From Selaginella moellendorffii (Eukaryota; Plantae; Lycopodiophyta): a DNA stretch of 64,000 bases. The stretch is from the NCBI RefSeq assembly GCF_000143415.4, contig NW_003314313.1, positions 895,430 through 959,429 of the forward strand. Reading direction: 5' to 3'. The notes beneath the pieces were generated by a model. The model was given only the letters and a program-made list of their open reading frames with translations. It had not been told where the DNA came from and searched no databases. Positions 37,548-51,920 of this stretch are shown piece by piece (the first letter of the stretch is position 1; every line of letters starts with the position of its first letter). A program made the position numbers and the translations under genes.

Positions 37548-37872
37548 GAACATTATAGATACATAGGTAATACAACAAAATTAATATAAACTATTAAAGA
37601 AATAAAGTCAATATATGATAGAATTAATTAAAACATTAAATAATAAATAATAACATTAGACAACCTTTAATCCTATATAAATAAAAGTTCACTAGAATAT
37701 ACAAAACTAAGTAGCATATACTCACGTTTCATAGAAAAAGAAATGTTATTGTTATTTCCCTACAAATACGACATTCAAGCATCAGGTTTGTAGCTAGTGT
37801 TTACACTATTTTTACAAAGAACCAAAGCAGAAAAAACTAGACGAACGAACGGGGACTTTCCGAGCCATTGAT

Positions 37873-38785
37873 TTAATTGGAGGTAGCGTAGAGTTGGGTC
37901 CACTCTCTTGCTGCAGAGGAAAGTACCAATGCATCTATCAAATTCTAACACCAAAAGAGGATTCTTGTCTCACCAGTTGCGATTGCTCCTCCTTGGTCTG
38001 TCTTCCAGTGCTTGGCGATGTTCTCGTCCAGGGGATCCTCAGGATTTGGAGCACTCAAAAGAGCTTGAATACTGTCAGACACAGAGCAAGGAGCCTAAGC
38101 ATAATAACAACGGCAAGTGATTCAGTCACCTCAAGAGCACAGTGCGAATCTGAAGAGCGGGGCTCCATTTGTCTTTCAAAATGTCTAAACAGATCCGGCC
38201 CAGCTGCAAAGACGGTGTTAAGAACAAACGCAAGCGTAGCAGTGAGTCCCACCTTGTCGATGTTCGGGTGGTAGATTTTCGTCAAGAAGCGAACCTATTG
38301 CAGTTCTTGTCAAAACAGTGAGACCTCAAGTCAGTAAGAAATAAACCAGCGAGGACAACCTTCGTACCTTTGGGGCAGCCATCGGGTATTCCTCCGGAAG
38401 AAAGAGCTCCAGCCTGAACGCGCCACCTGAGAAGAAACACAGTAGCTCAGAGGAAGAACAAAGTAACAATGAAATCTTGCCTTCATACGGTGACTGAGCG
38501 GGGCCAAGAATCATCACACTGAAGTATCGCAAATTATCTTCGGCAGGAGAAGCGCTGATACCTTCAGCTGGAAGAGAAGCACAAAACCACAAAGAAAAAC
38601 ATTTAGACATTCTAGGAATGGAATACGAAATGTCCCGACGCAATCGATCTCACCTGGCTCCGTCAGTAATCGCTGAGTTTCCTGCGGATCAAACGAAACA
38701 TGAGCTCTCACGGGAAATTATCGGAGCTACTACTGACCTTGATGATGCGCCGCGGGAGATTGCTGTTAGCAATGGCGCCCGCCAT
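37873..38785 (-). CDS. UBC13: Ubiquitin-conjugating enzyme E2, UBC13 type (UBC35/36), multi-exon
   Basis: [67 protein letters not shown]. Confidence 0.93.
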
Positions 38786-38972
38786 GGCGGCAAGATCTGG
38801 AGAGCACGGAGATGGATCGACGGCGCCGGAGCTGATGGCGCGCAAGCGAGACGATCGCCTGTCGCGAGAATCTCTTGCCCTAGAACGCAAGCACCTCTAC
38901 TTTTAGGTTGTCATCGCTAAATTCCAATATCGACGGTCAGGATCGCTGGAGCTGAATTATTAGGGTTCTTGG

Positions 38973-40490
38973 ATGAGGAGCGTTGCCCAGTGGAGGAGCC
39001 GCGCGAGATCACCTGCATTGCCGGCGCCCTGGCGATCGCGCGCTTCGGCGGTGGCGTGGGAGAGCACATCGAGCGATTCCGGGGACAAATCTGGTGAGAA
39101 ATCTGGCGATGAGGAGGAAGGAGGAGGAGGAGAGGGAAATGAGGGCAAGGGGCGCAAGATTCCATACTACAGGGACGTGGAATTCCACAAGAAGGCGTGG
39201 GACAAGAGGATGAAGCGCTGGGGCGAGGCGGAGGGCGCGGGCAATTCGGTGTACACGTTTGGGAAGCCCGAGCCCGATTACACGGCGTGCCTGCTATCGG
39301 ATGCGAGCAAGGAGAAGATGTACCAGATGCACAAGGAGAATCCAGAGGTGAATTCGGTGGACAAGCTCGCGGCCGAGTATCGCATCCGGAAGCAGCGCGT
39401 TCATGCCATTCTCTGGCTCAAGGAGCTCGAGAAGGAAGAGGAGGCGAGGCTTGGCCATCCTCTCGATGATAGCGTGGAGAAGTTCTACGAGAACATGTAT
39501 GGGTAAGTGTTCTTCCTCTCTTCCTTTTCCTTCTCTTTCGTTTGTGGCAATGCTTGTTCTACCCCATCTCATAGTCTAGAACGTCAGTGATCTCCATTCT
39601 GATCGCATCGAGAGAGCTTTCTCTTCCTTTTTCTTCTCTTTTGTTTGTGGCAATGTGTGTTCTTGATTCTCTCATTCTTTTCCTCGTCTAGATTTCAGTG
39701 ATCTTATTCCTGATGGCATCGTGAGAGTCTTCGAGTTTTTGTTCTAGGTTCCATCTAGGAGTCTAGAACTTTGTTCTTCGTTGCTCATTGATGAACGTCC
39801 TTGAATTTTTCAGGCCTGTAAGTAAGTCCTTTTTCTTCTCTTTCATTTGTGTCAACGCATCTCTCACTCGTTTCCTCGTAAATCTCATCCATCTAGGGGT
39901 CTAGAACTTCAGTGATCGCCTTCCTGATCGCATCGAGAGAGACTTCCAGTTTTGTTCTACGTCCCATCTAGGAGTCTAGAACTTTGTTCTTCATTGCTTT
40001 TACTTTCTCGCTGATGAACGTCCTTGATCTTTCAGGACTGTGCAGAAGGCACAGAAAGGCGAGAGGCACACGACGGACATCGAGATTGGTCCCGACGGCT
40101 GGGAAGGCAAGTCCCAAGACCAGGCATTGAGAGAACAATCCGAGAAGGAGGAGCGAATTCTGGTGGAAGAATTCGAGCGGAGGATGGAGTTTAACAAAAA
40201 GCAGGCAAGATACCAGTTCTCTTCTAGCTTCCATTCTTTCTTTCGTGTAGTAACACTCAACACTGGACGGATGGCAGATTTATGGCTTCGTCAAGACTCA
40301 CATCATGAGCCGGAGGCGGCCGATCGATGGCTGGAGCTACATGGTCGAAGATCTGGGCCTGGAATCCAAGAGGGGACGAAGCGGTGGAATCCGGAGTGTG
40401 ACGGAGCCCGACGGTACCAGGAGAACTCTAAACGAGGAGGAAAGAATGTGGACGAAGCGTGAGAGAGTCGTGGCTAGGCGGAAACCATAG
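38973..40490 (+). CDS. GCD1: GAMETE CELL DEFECTIVE 1-like mitochondrial protein, 3 exons
   Basis: YRIRKQRVHAILWLKELE, EEFERRMEFNKKQ, SRRRPIDGWSYMVE..G..GG. Confidence 0.8.
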
Positions 40491-40938
40491 CTCTAGAGTT
40501 CCTCGCGGTTCCTTGGATCATCTTCGTCAAGGTACTGTTTTTTATTCTCTTCTACTTCTGCGATTGATCGAAAGTTTGGATGTTCTTCCAGAAAATCTTT
40601 CTCTACTCCAGTGATCCTTGCGATTGATCGCGTTCTCCAGGAAAATCAAGCGGGATGTTTAGGTTTTTTCTTTAATGCGAGAAGGGTCAAGTGAAAATAC
40701 TAAGAAATATTCCAGGGCTTAAATAAGAGATCCCTTGGCTATGGCCAATGGTCAGCGAGAGAAAAGAATCCCTAGCGCGCAGAGAAAGGTCGTTGGCTGC
40801 GCTTTTTAAGCGCCCCGGGAGGCCACGCAGCTCTTCTTGACCCATCGATTCGATCGATCACAGGTATTTCCTCGTTTTCCTGGCCGCATTGCGCTGTAGC
40901 TGAGGTCCACTCTCCTCTCCAGGCAGGCGATCGATCTC

Positions 40939-42332
40939 ATGGCGCTGCATGCAGTGGGACATTGCTTCCAGGTATCCATCGATTCTCTCTCGAAATCTCT
41001 CGAAAATTTCTCACGATCGATGATTCTCTAGGGGACCGTGCTAGCGCCTGCTCATGGGGCCAATTTGCGCTCTTCGTCGCCATGCGTCAGCGTCAAGGTG
41101 AGAAATCAATCCATCGGGCATGATGAGCGCTATAGAACTCTTGTCTCTTTGCTTGTTCTCGAACAGATGCCTGCCGCGGCTCAAGGATTCTCTCTGGATC
41201 TTCATGCTGCGGCATACTTTGGTGAATCCAGGAAAGCTGCGAGGAGAGATTTCTTTCGAGTGAATGCCAAGGTTGCTACTACCGCTGCTCCAAATCTTGA
41301 CACCGCCAGCGACCCTCCATTGAATCTGTTCAAGCCCAAAACTCCATACACCGCGACCATCAAGTCAGTGGAGAGGATTGTTGGCGACAAAGCTCCTGGC
41401 GAGACCTGTCACATTGTGATCGATCACGGTGGAAACGTTCCTTACTGGGAAGGCCAGAGTTACGGTGTCATTCCTCCGGTAAGTTCCAGCTCTCTTTTCT
41501 CTCCTGTTCGCTATCCAGGATTTTCTTTTTCTTGTTCTGAGTTTGATGACTACTCAGGGTGAGAATCCCAAGAAGCCTGGAACTCCGAATGCCGTGCGTT
41601 TGTACTCCATCGCGTCGACGAGATATGGTGACGACTTCGATGGTAAAACAGCGAGCCTTTGCGTGAGAAGAGCAGTCTACTGGGATCCAGAGACGGGGAA
41701 GGAAGATCCTGCAAAAAAGGGAGTTTGCAGCAACTTTCTCTGTGACAGAAAACCCGGAGACAAGGTCCAGATCACAGGCAAGCTTTTCCTATACAGTTTT
41801 TGTCTAGTTTCTTCTCTCACATCCAGTGTCTACAGGGCCTTCGGGGAAGATCATGCTACTACCAGAAAGCAACCCCAAGGCAGCACACATTATGATCGCC
41901 ACTGGCACTGGTATCGCACCATTCAGGGGCTACTTGCGAAGGATGTTCATGGAGGACGTGAGCTTCAAGTTCGGCGGCTTGGCGTGGCTCTTCCTGGGCG
42001 TTGCCAACCGTGACAGCCTCCTCTACCACGACGAGTTCGAAGGCTATCTCAAGGAGTACCCGGACAACTTTAGATACGACATCGCGTTGAGCCGAGAGCA
42101 GAACAACAAGCGGGGCGGGAAGATGTACGTCCAGGACAAGATCGAGGAGTACAGCGAGGAAGTTTTCAAGCTTTTGGACGAGGGAGCGCACATATACTTC
42201 TGCGGCTTGAAGGGGATGATGCCGGGCATCCAGGACACGCTCAAGAGAGTCGCCGAGGAGCGAGGAGAGTCTTGGGAAGAGAAGCTGTCGATGCTCAAGA
42301 AGAAGAAGCAGTGGCACGTCGAAGTCTACTGA
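40939..42332 (+). CDS. RFNR: Ferredoxin-NADP+ reductase, root-type, multi-exon
   Basis: [63 protein letters not shown]. Confidence 0.95.
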
Positions 42333-42711
42333 AAGATGATCGAAGAGAGAGAGAGAGAGAGGCATTCTCTTTTGGTTTTAATCCTTTTTGCCATTGTTTT
42401 GTAACAAGGCAGGAGAATTGTCCTCCTGCGCAACCCGAAAGCAAAAAAAATAAAGCAAAACTTTTGCTCACCGATTTGAATGAGAATATTCTGATATATT
42501 CTGTATATGAGGTGGCAAATATATACATGTTTTGGTGTTGCGGTTGACGATTTTGCCCAAGGTGATGGAGCTCAAGGTGATGGTGGCGAAAGGGTGGAAA
42601 GAAAAATTGAATGGGAAGAGAGTATTCCCGTCACGAGAATACAGGAGTAAGTAGCTAGAGACGCACGACACTCTTGTGTATTGATAAGATTGTTTTCTTG
42701 CATTACACAGG

Positions 42712-42992
42712 GTAAACGTCCCCAGAAGTCTGGCCAGGCCTTGCGACTTACAGGCGCATAGACGAAACGCACAGGAAGGTGAACTATCGAACCAGCAACA
42801 CAGCCAACGAGAGATGGAAGCCTGAAGAGACGCAACTCTTCTACAAGGTGAGTTTTCTCTCTTATCAAGTTGTTTTTTTTTCTTGCCGGCTGTTGAGCAG
42901 TTTGGGACTGATTTTATCTCATCCAGCGACTGATACCCTGGCAAGTCAGAAGAACAAGTACAAACGAGAAGGACGGCATCCAACAAGAAAGA
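42712..42992 (+). pseudogene. BDP1 (TFIIIB B'') SANT-domain relic
   Basis: VNYRT...ERWKPEETQLFYK, intron, AVEQFGTDF...KNKYKREGRHP; stop and frameshift. Confidence 0.6.
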
Positions 42993-43361
42993 GGTGAATC
43001 TGTTTTAGCTCGTGCTGAGTTTTTCGTTTGCAGCTTTGAAGCAGCACCTTTTGGAAGATGTGCTGAAAGATATTGCAGAGTTTGCCTTTATGTGGGATGT
43101 TAACAGTAACGAGGTGGGATAGCTTTGCACTCAAGTTTTTGGATCGAATCTATGTGTGTGATGTGTGCCAGGGAGAAGTGAGTGTTTGTGATCCAGCACC
43201 AAACTTGGAGAAGAGCATGAAGATCACGAAGAGCTCCAGGAATACAAACGCTAAGAACATAACTATTGTGCATCGGATGGCAACTGTAAGTAGATGGCTT
43301 TCTAGTTTTTTGAGCGGATACAGAAAGCTTAAAGGTTATAGTGGTGGAAGTGTAACTTTCC

Positions 43362-43606
43362 TGTACTCCGCCGCGACGAGATATGGTGTGGTAAAACAGC
43401 GAGCCAGAAGAGCAGTCCTCTGGGATCCAAAGACGGGGAAGGAATATCCGGCAAAATTGAAGCTTGCGGCAACTTTCTCTGTTGGAGACGAGGAAAGTTC
43501 TCAAGCGGCTTGAAGACATTCTCTTTTGGTTTCAATCCTTGTTTTGTAACAGGTTGTCCTCCTGCGCGACCCGAAAGAAAAAGAAAACAGCAAGCTTTTG
43601 CTTCGC
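43362..43606 (+). pseudogene. Collapsed partial copy of RFNR exon and 3' UTR
   Basis: Matches 41600-41742, then 42361-42470, with deletions. Confidence 0.8.
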
Positions 43607-44753
<1,147 letters not shown>

Positions 44754-44840
44754 CTAAGCCCTAAGCCCTAACTCTTTTAGGGCTCTTTAAGTATTCGGCA
44801 TTTTGAATAAGTATATTCTGTTAAGGTTACTCATTAGGCG

Positions 44841-44973
44841 GCTCCAAAGAGGAAGTTTTTGCAAAGGGATTACAAGAAAGGACCTTTCTTCCAGTCGGAA
44901 AATGAGCTGATTTACAAGACGGACTTTTCAGAGCCGACTGGTGAGGACAAGCCAGACAAGAGGTTGCCCAAGG
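44841..44973 (+). pseudogene. MFAP1 C-terminal fragment (truncated copy of 54223-54358)
   Basis: [37 protein letters not shown], no ATG, truncated. Confidence 0.8.
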
Positions 44974-45689
44974 AAGTTTGGTCTTTAAGATTAGCTTTTT
45001 GATCAAAACCAAGAAGGTTGTTAGGTGAGTTTTCACAGAAAAGCTTAAATAGGACATTTTTCCTTACCTTTCTTTACAGAGCTTACTTGAAGCTGCAAAA
45101 AAGGAGTGTATCCAAGCATGAAATTAAAAAGAAACTTGTGTAGCATTTCATGTGATGGTCAGTAATGTACCATATAACCTGCCTGTACTAGAGGGCTTCA
45201 AAATTCAAAGTGCAGCTTAGAGAGCCAGAAATGCTGCCATACGGGATTGTCATTTTTGGATGAGGTATAAAAAAATTCTCTGTAAAAGAAATAGTTTTAC
45301 TTACAACTATACATGCAGCTAGAGGAGCTGTTTAGAGCAACAATACAAGTCACTAGACAATCTACTCACACAAGAGCCAAGATCCAGGAGGTATAGTTGA
45401 AGATTCTATTGTGGTTTTTATTTTCATTTGAACGTGTAGAACACAGCCTTGGCACAAAGTACCAATGGTGCTAAGCAAAGAGTAAAGAGAAAGGTTGCCA
45501 CTCAACATACCTGTCCCAAGGTATTACAATTAAAAGCAATTAAACTTACCTTTCTTATAGCATATATACATGGCTCTTAGCTAGATATTCCCAAAAATGA
45601 GGATTAATCTAAACATGAAGAACAAGAGCAGCCTGAAACTAAGAGTAGACCAACAGTCCTGAAGTAAAAGCAAGTGAAGTCTAGAAAGG

Positions 45690-46760
45690 TGACAAATGTA
45701 TGAACATGGACCAATGCACAACTTTGTGAAGCCATGGTGGTCAGCTATTAGAGAGGAAGGTTGGGATACCTCATTCCACACTAAATGCTTGGGTGGCTAA
45801 GAAGAGGAAGGATATGAGACATAGTCCATCTTTACATTTGAAAAAGAGATATTTATTGTTGTGTTGAAAGTTTCAGCAGAAGTTGGCTACCCTATGATGT
45901 AAAGTGAGCTCAAAGATGCAATTGCAAGCATTGTATCAGCAAGAGATATCACCTAGAATCCTGGTCATAAATGGTGTTTGACTGTTCATGAAGAGCATCC
46001 AAATATAAAACTCAAGACTACTCAGCCTTTGGAACTACAACAAGCTAAGAGTTTATGTCAACAGGTTGTTCAATGCTTCTATGATCAACTTGAAGCTACA
46101 TACCTTGTGAACAAATACAAAGCCAGCAACATTTGGAATGTCGACAAGATTGGTGTTTGTGCTAGTCAAAATAGATGTGCCAAAGTCCTAGCAACAAGTG
46201 GAATGCAGAGTTTGTTTCAAGCAACATTTCACATATCACTATTCTAATTGTTGTGAATATGGAGAGAGTATCATTATTTAGTTTCCATATCTTTCAAGAG
46301 GAGTGCCACATGCAAAATTAGATATCTAGCTGTGAACTTGGGAGTGATATTTGCAATAACTCCAAACGTCTGGATGCTAAATGAGTTGTGGTCTCAATGG
46401 CTTCACCACTTTGTAAAACACATGCAAGCTACTCAAGTGAAAACAAATATGCTCTTATCATTGACAATCACACCTTTTATTGCTCTTTACACCTCATAGC
46501 TAAAGATCTTATCCTCCTACTAGCACACTCATCATATAAGTTACAACCATTGGATGTGGGCTACTTTGGCCTATTCAAAATTTACTTTCAATAAGCTATT
46601 CACAAGTTCATGTATAGAACAGTGGGAGCACAAGCATCAAAAAAGGATCTCGCAATGCTGTCTAGCAAGGCAATGGTTTTAGCTCTATCACTTGAAAACA
46701 TCAAAGCCAGGTTTAGAGCAACAGGGAAATAGCCACTGAATAAGGAGGTAATGAACTCTC
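45690..46760 (+). mobile_element. Decayed pogo/Fot1-like (Tc1-mariner) DDE transposase
   Basis: HPNIKLKTTQPLE..AK, NIWNVDKIG, LIIDNH, AHSSYKLQPLDVGYFGLFK; many stops. Confidence 0.75.
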
Positions 46761-46999
46761 ACTCTGGTCCAAGTATTCTACACTCAACAAACTTGGATGA
46801 CTTTGATGCTATAGATGCAATTCTACAATTACATTACAATGTTAGTAAAGAAGAAGAGACTAAAGAAATAGCAATAAAGGAAGTACCTACTATACAGGAT
46901 CAAGAGTTTGCATAAGAAACACTAGTGGTTCTAATTTCAACAATGCTAACACCATCAACTTCAACAAATAATGATCAACAAGAAAGTGTGTCGCAACCA

Positions 47000-49900
47000 T
47001 CAACTCTAGCAAATGGTGGTGAATAGGCAAGAGTGTCATGGTTAGCAACCTTCTTGTGCCACCATCATTAGTTCCACTTTCTAAACCAAATATTGTGTTA
47101 CAAGTATTAGTAAGATTCTAGCTTCCATTACCAACTCTCAAAGCACAACAATTTGTTGTTTAGTTTTCTTTTGTCTTTGTGGTGGATGAAGCTCATCTTG
47201 CATCTCATAGAGCATTCTTCAACTCTGCATTAATTCATCATGCTTTTGGAATTGGTGAAGTCTGTGATTACATTGAAGCACATAAAAACCTCAAGAACTG
47301 GCAGTATAGACTATCCACATCCTTATGTAGTTCATGCAACTTATCAACCTCATCCCTATTATGACACTAGAGCCTACAAACATATAAACCACTTGCCATA
47401 AGAAGGCAAAAAGGTAATGGCTTACCCTTAGTCATGAAACCATGTAGCAATCATCTCATAACTGGCTCTCATTCTTGCCAATATAGCATGGAATTAGTGT
47501 TGAGGACGCATCAGAGGAACTGCTTCTTATTAAGCTATTTGAACTCCTTATGGTCTCCTAGGATTTCTAAGCAGTCCTCATCTTCTTGTGTTAACAAACC
47601 ATAGTTTCCAAGAATTTTGTGCTTAAGCCAATGTACATGTGCCATGAGGTCAAGATCATTTGCTATTGCAAGCTGCATCTTCTATAAATCCTATTTCTTG
47701 GGAATTAATGATATTGTTAATAGCCTCAATTTGCATGACCAGCTCCAACTCATTGTTGTAAGCCATGGTAGCATCTATCCATGCACTTGCTTCAACTCAA
47801 AACCACATGAATCAACAATATTATACATTGAGCACATGTTCCACAACTAGACCACTTACACTAAAGTTGTTATTGAGTAAAACATTTTTGCTAGTGGGAG
47901 TGGTGTTTAGCAGTCCTTGTTGCCAAAAGGTGGTGGTCTCTTTGTAAGATCTTCTGACCCAAAACTGTCATCACTGGCCAAGACCACCATAGGCCATGTT
48001 GCAAGTGTAAAATGTGCCTTTAGTGAGGACTTGGGTGAGGAAAGAAAGAGAGACTTACTAACACTAACTTTTGGAAATGGGAATTTTTGAGATAAGGAAG
48101 TGTTGTGAATGTGATTGCAAGTATTGAAAGTTACCTATTGGTAGGTCCTTTTAGATATTCTTTCCTTACTACCATGATAGCAAGAGGTTAGTATTGCTAA
48201 ACCCTTTATTAATTTCCACTTAAGTTAGTTGAGAAACTGGTCTTTGCATATGCACTTGGTCAAATGAGCATAAGGACAGAATTCCTAAGTGCTATTAGTC
48301 AAGTATATTTGACCTAGTTAGAAAAACTCATTTATTCACTAGTGTTGGGTCCCTTAATATTTACTAGATGATAGTTTACCATATTCAATATCATGCCCCA
48401 TATATTTGTCCTGTTCAATTTCATTGGCTATTTATAGAAAGTGTCTAAATTTGCTAATTTGGCATATCAATGGAATGAGATTATCTTGAACATAATGGTG
48501 TTGGTTCCGTATCTAAATTCATAGTCTAGAGTCATTCTATATTTAGTAAATTTTCATAACTATCCTAGAGGCTAACTTCTAAGACTAAAACTGGGGTGAA
48601 AGCCCAAAGTGTGCATTCTTCAAGAGGAGGGGGGAAGGAGCTATAGAGGGTTCTAAATATATAGTAGGGATAGTGGTAGGTTGGGTATAATTCACCAACT
48701 GAAGGTATAATTTTAGCTCCCATTTGTGTGCCTATCTTTATTTTGCATTTGGCTTGGGTTAAAGCTTAAATTCCATACCATGTTAATTAGTAAAGTACTT
48801 ATATCCTACCTTATTGTACCAATGGTTCACTCAGCAAATTATGGGAAGAAGTTGAGTATGGAAACACAAATGGACAATGTAGGGGTGGGGTGGCTGGAAG
48901 TTCTTGCAAACCCAGACGCAATTAAGAACTAATCTAAAATATTTGGAAAACACTTATATTAGCAAGTCTCTTTGAGGAAGAACATGGTTTAAATCCTCTT
49001 TGGGATGCTATGGTTGATTGGAGAGTTGGTCTTCCTCTTGAGCCAGATTGGGAGAATGTAAATTAGGCATCTGGAATGTAAAGGGGATGTGGTGACTTTA
49101 GGCTCCCCTCAACATGGATTAGGTGGCAAACTTGGGCATCTAGACTGCATAGGAGCTATTGCTATCTAGTGCAGCTGATGGCCCCATGCCTCTAGGTAGT
49201 ATGTTGCCTGCTAGAGGTGGTGTTTGTTGCAACTGAAATAGTCATGTAGGGGTGTTATCAATACCTGCTAGTGGTGGTATTTGTCACATCTATAACAGTT
49301 GTGTTCGGGTGCTACTGTGCTACTACCAATAGATTGGGCTCTTTAGGCTGGTGAAGCATTGAAGCTTTTGAGCACATGTCCAAATCCTAATGGAGAGCTT
49401 TGTGAAGGGTTGTTAGCTACTTGAGCTGGTGCATTGACAAACTATGTTCTACATGCTCGTACACGGACAGGATCATTGGAATTGAGCCCATAGGTGTGGT
49501 TTGCAAATTGGAGGTGGAGGGAAGACTAAGAGGGTTGCTTGTATCACCTGGAGCATTTATGTTCCATGGTTGAACACCTCCACTATTATGTATTCTTGCT
49601 AGGTTCTTGCTTCTTGCCTATGGGAAATAAAAAAACAAAGAGGAGAAGCTTGCCATGGAGAAAAGAGGAAACAAGGAAAAGAGAAAGAGCAAAAGGCTTT
49701 GGTAAAACGTGAGAGATCAAAGCTCCACTTCCTCCATAAAAACAAAACAAACACATGATAGTTCAAACCCTAGAAAAACATGAAAGGAATAATAATTGCT
49801 GCAATAGATCACAATTTCAAGATGTATTAAATTGTTACTGGAATTTGATTGGTAAACCCAAGACAAAGACAAACACCCTAAAACAGGGCAAAAAAGCTTT

Positions 49901-51100
49901 TATTAATAAAAAGAATTAACCAACTGTTAGTCGACTTAAAACAACATTAGTTGCAATTTCTTGAGCACTCACCACTTGACTGGTGTTTCAGAAGGAAGAG
50001 CAGTGTCAATATAAACTAGAAGAGCCAACATTAGCTAGTGCACATTTTATAGACAAATCCAAGTGACGAAGATATTACTAATCAAGATTAAGGTTTTGCT
50101 GATACATTAGAAAAGACCAATTCCTCACAACAACAAGTTCCTAAAACATCAAGCATGCTTTGGTTGATAGAAAAAAGGGAATTAATACTTGAGGGAGCAT
50201 TGCACCTTCAACATTCATAAGCATTGAACTTAGCATGTCTTTTATATCCCTTGAAGATAGTGGCCAAGCAATTCTAGAAGTGGTGTGAACATTTATGCAT
50301 ATCATCTCCAAAAAGAAGGCTTACCCAAGCTTGTGCTCCAAGGGCTAGAACAAGTTTGTTAGTACGTGAGATAGCCTGAAGAACTTACCACACCGATATG
50401 AATGCACCTTGTGTAAATTCCATGTAGCAGCCTAGTGAGATATGTCTTTGGCAAGATACAGCACAAAAACACATCACAAAATCTACTTGTGCCATGTATT
50501 GGAAACACCAATATGCCAATATCCTCCATAGGTGTTTGTAGAACCACATCATGCACTTGTATAATTCATGCCACAAGTGTTCAATGCATTGCAAGGCAGT
50601 GATGAACATGTGCAAGAAAATATTAGAGGCAAGCCTGTTTCTTGTTGATGTCCCACTAATAAAACTCCTTTCCTAAGGACCCCAACAATGTTCCATATCA
50701 TCCTCTACCACATTATGTTCAGGAGCATTGCCACTCCTAATGCATGTAGGCCACCCAAATCTGTGTACAACCTATGCATATGTGTTGAAAATTGCATGTG
50801 TTTGTTTCATGGTTGACAGCTCACAAAGTGACTATATAATGAGTTGCCCCACATATTAAAGTGTGAACATAGAATCCATATGATACAATCTTGCAGTATT
50901 CTGCCACGGAGAATTGGCTAAAACTGACAGCCCAAAAAAGTGGATGGATAGATAGATAGAGTTTTGGCCAAAGATAATGGGGTGTTTTGATATAAAGAGC
51001 CTCAAAAATTTGAGCAAGATACATATTAACGTTTAATATTATGAAAATCTCTAGAAAGTCAATTTTCTAGAAGTTCTTTGCCTTGTATTCCATACTTTCA
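47000..51100. mobile_element. Low-GC, CpG-poor decayed repeat region (probable old TE remnants)
   Basis: No long ORFs, visible CpG depletion; no family could be assigned with confidence. Confidence 0.35.
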
Positions 51101-51179
51101 CATAAATGGATCCCATATGGATGTGGATATTCAAAATCTATATTAAGCACCATCTTAAACAATATTTTTTTCAAAATAC

Positions 51180-51880
51180 CACAATGGAATATTGCACTTT
51201 ATTGAGCAAGAATGGTTTTCCAGAAAATGTGACAAGCTGGAACTTGGTGGTCCAAGGATTTAGTCACAGAGGATTCCTTGAAGATGGGAAGAGATTGGAG
51301 CAAACATCCAGAACCAAATGCTGTGACGTGGTCGATGATGCTCGCGTCTTACATCCAGATCAGCCAGCTGAAAGAGGCAACGTCAATCTTCCACTAGATT
51401 CCTCACCGGAGCATTCTCAATGGTTCAAGCTTTGGAAGTGTTTGACAAGATGGCGAGATGTCATGGAACATCGTCATCTCAGCCGATGCCATATCTTTCG
51501 TGGTTGTTCTCTCTGCTTGCGGCCACGCATAGCGTGTTAACCTTCCAGGAGATCACGTCTTTGCAAGGCATCTTGTGGAACTCCACTTGACCAGCAAGAA
51601 AGTAAGCTTGGAGCATGGAGTTCCACGAGACTATGTTCTCCACAGGAACAGCGTAAAACATTCGTTTCGCGTCCTCCACGCAACTATTCTCCGCATAGGC
51701 CGTGAGCATGGTATTCTACAAGAGGTTCCACTGCGGCATCTTCCGAAACAGGGAGAGTTCTAGCTCGCCAATCTCGCCATAAGCCTGCATCATCCGCGAG
51801 TAGATCCGTTAAGAGTGGCGCATCCACGTAGCAAACGAGCCCAAATCTTTTCCAATCCTGTCTGGGCTAATGGGCATGTA
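51180..51880. pseudogene. PPR gene fragments on both strands
   Basis: NVTSWNLVVQGFSHRG (+) and MLTAYAENSCVEDAKRMF..NIVSWNSMLQAY (-). Confidence 0.6.
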
Positions 51881-51920
51881 GATCTCTAGCACTCCATGCT
51901 AGAAACTGGATTTCACTGCT

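Noticed and set aside
39780-40030. TGATGA motifs suggesting an intronic C/D snoRNA
   Set aside because: Better explained by the duplicated acceptor region; no convincing box D, terminal stem or guide
50100-50900. Possible LINE C-terminal zinc-finger relic
   Set aside because: Too degraded to assign; kept only as a generic decayed repeat region
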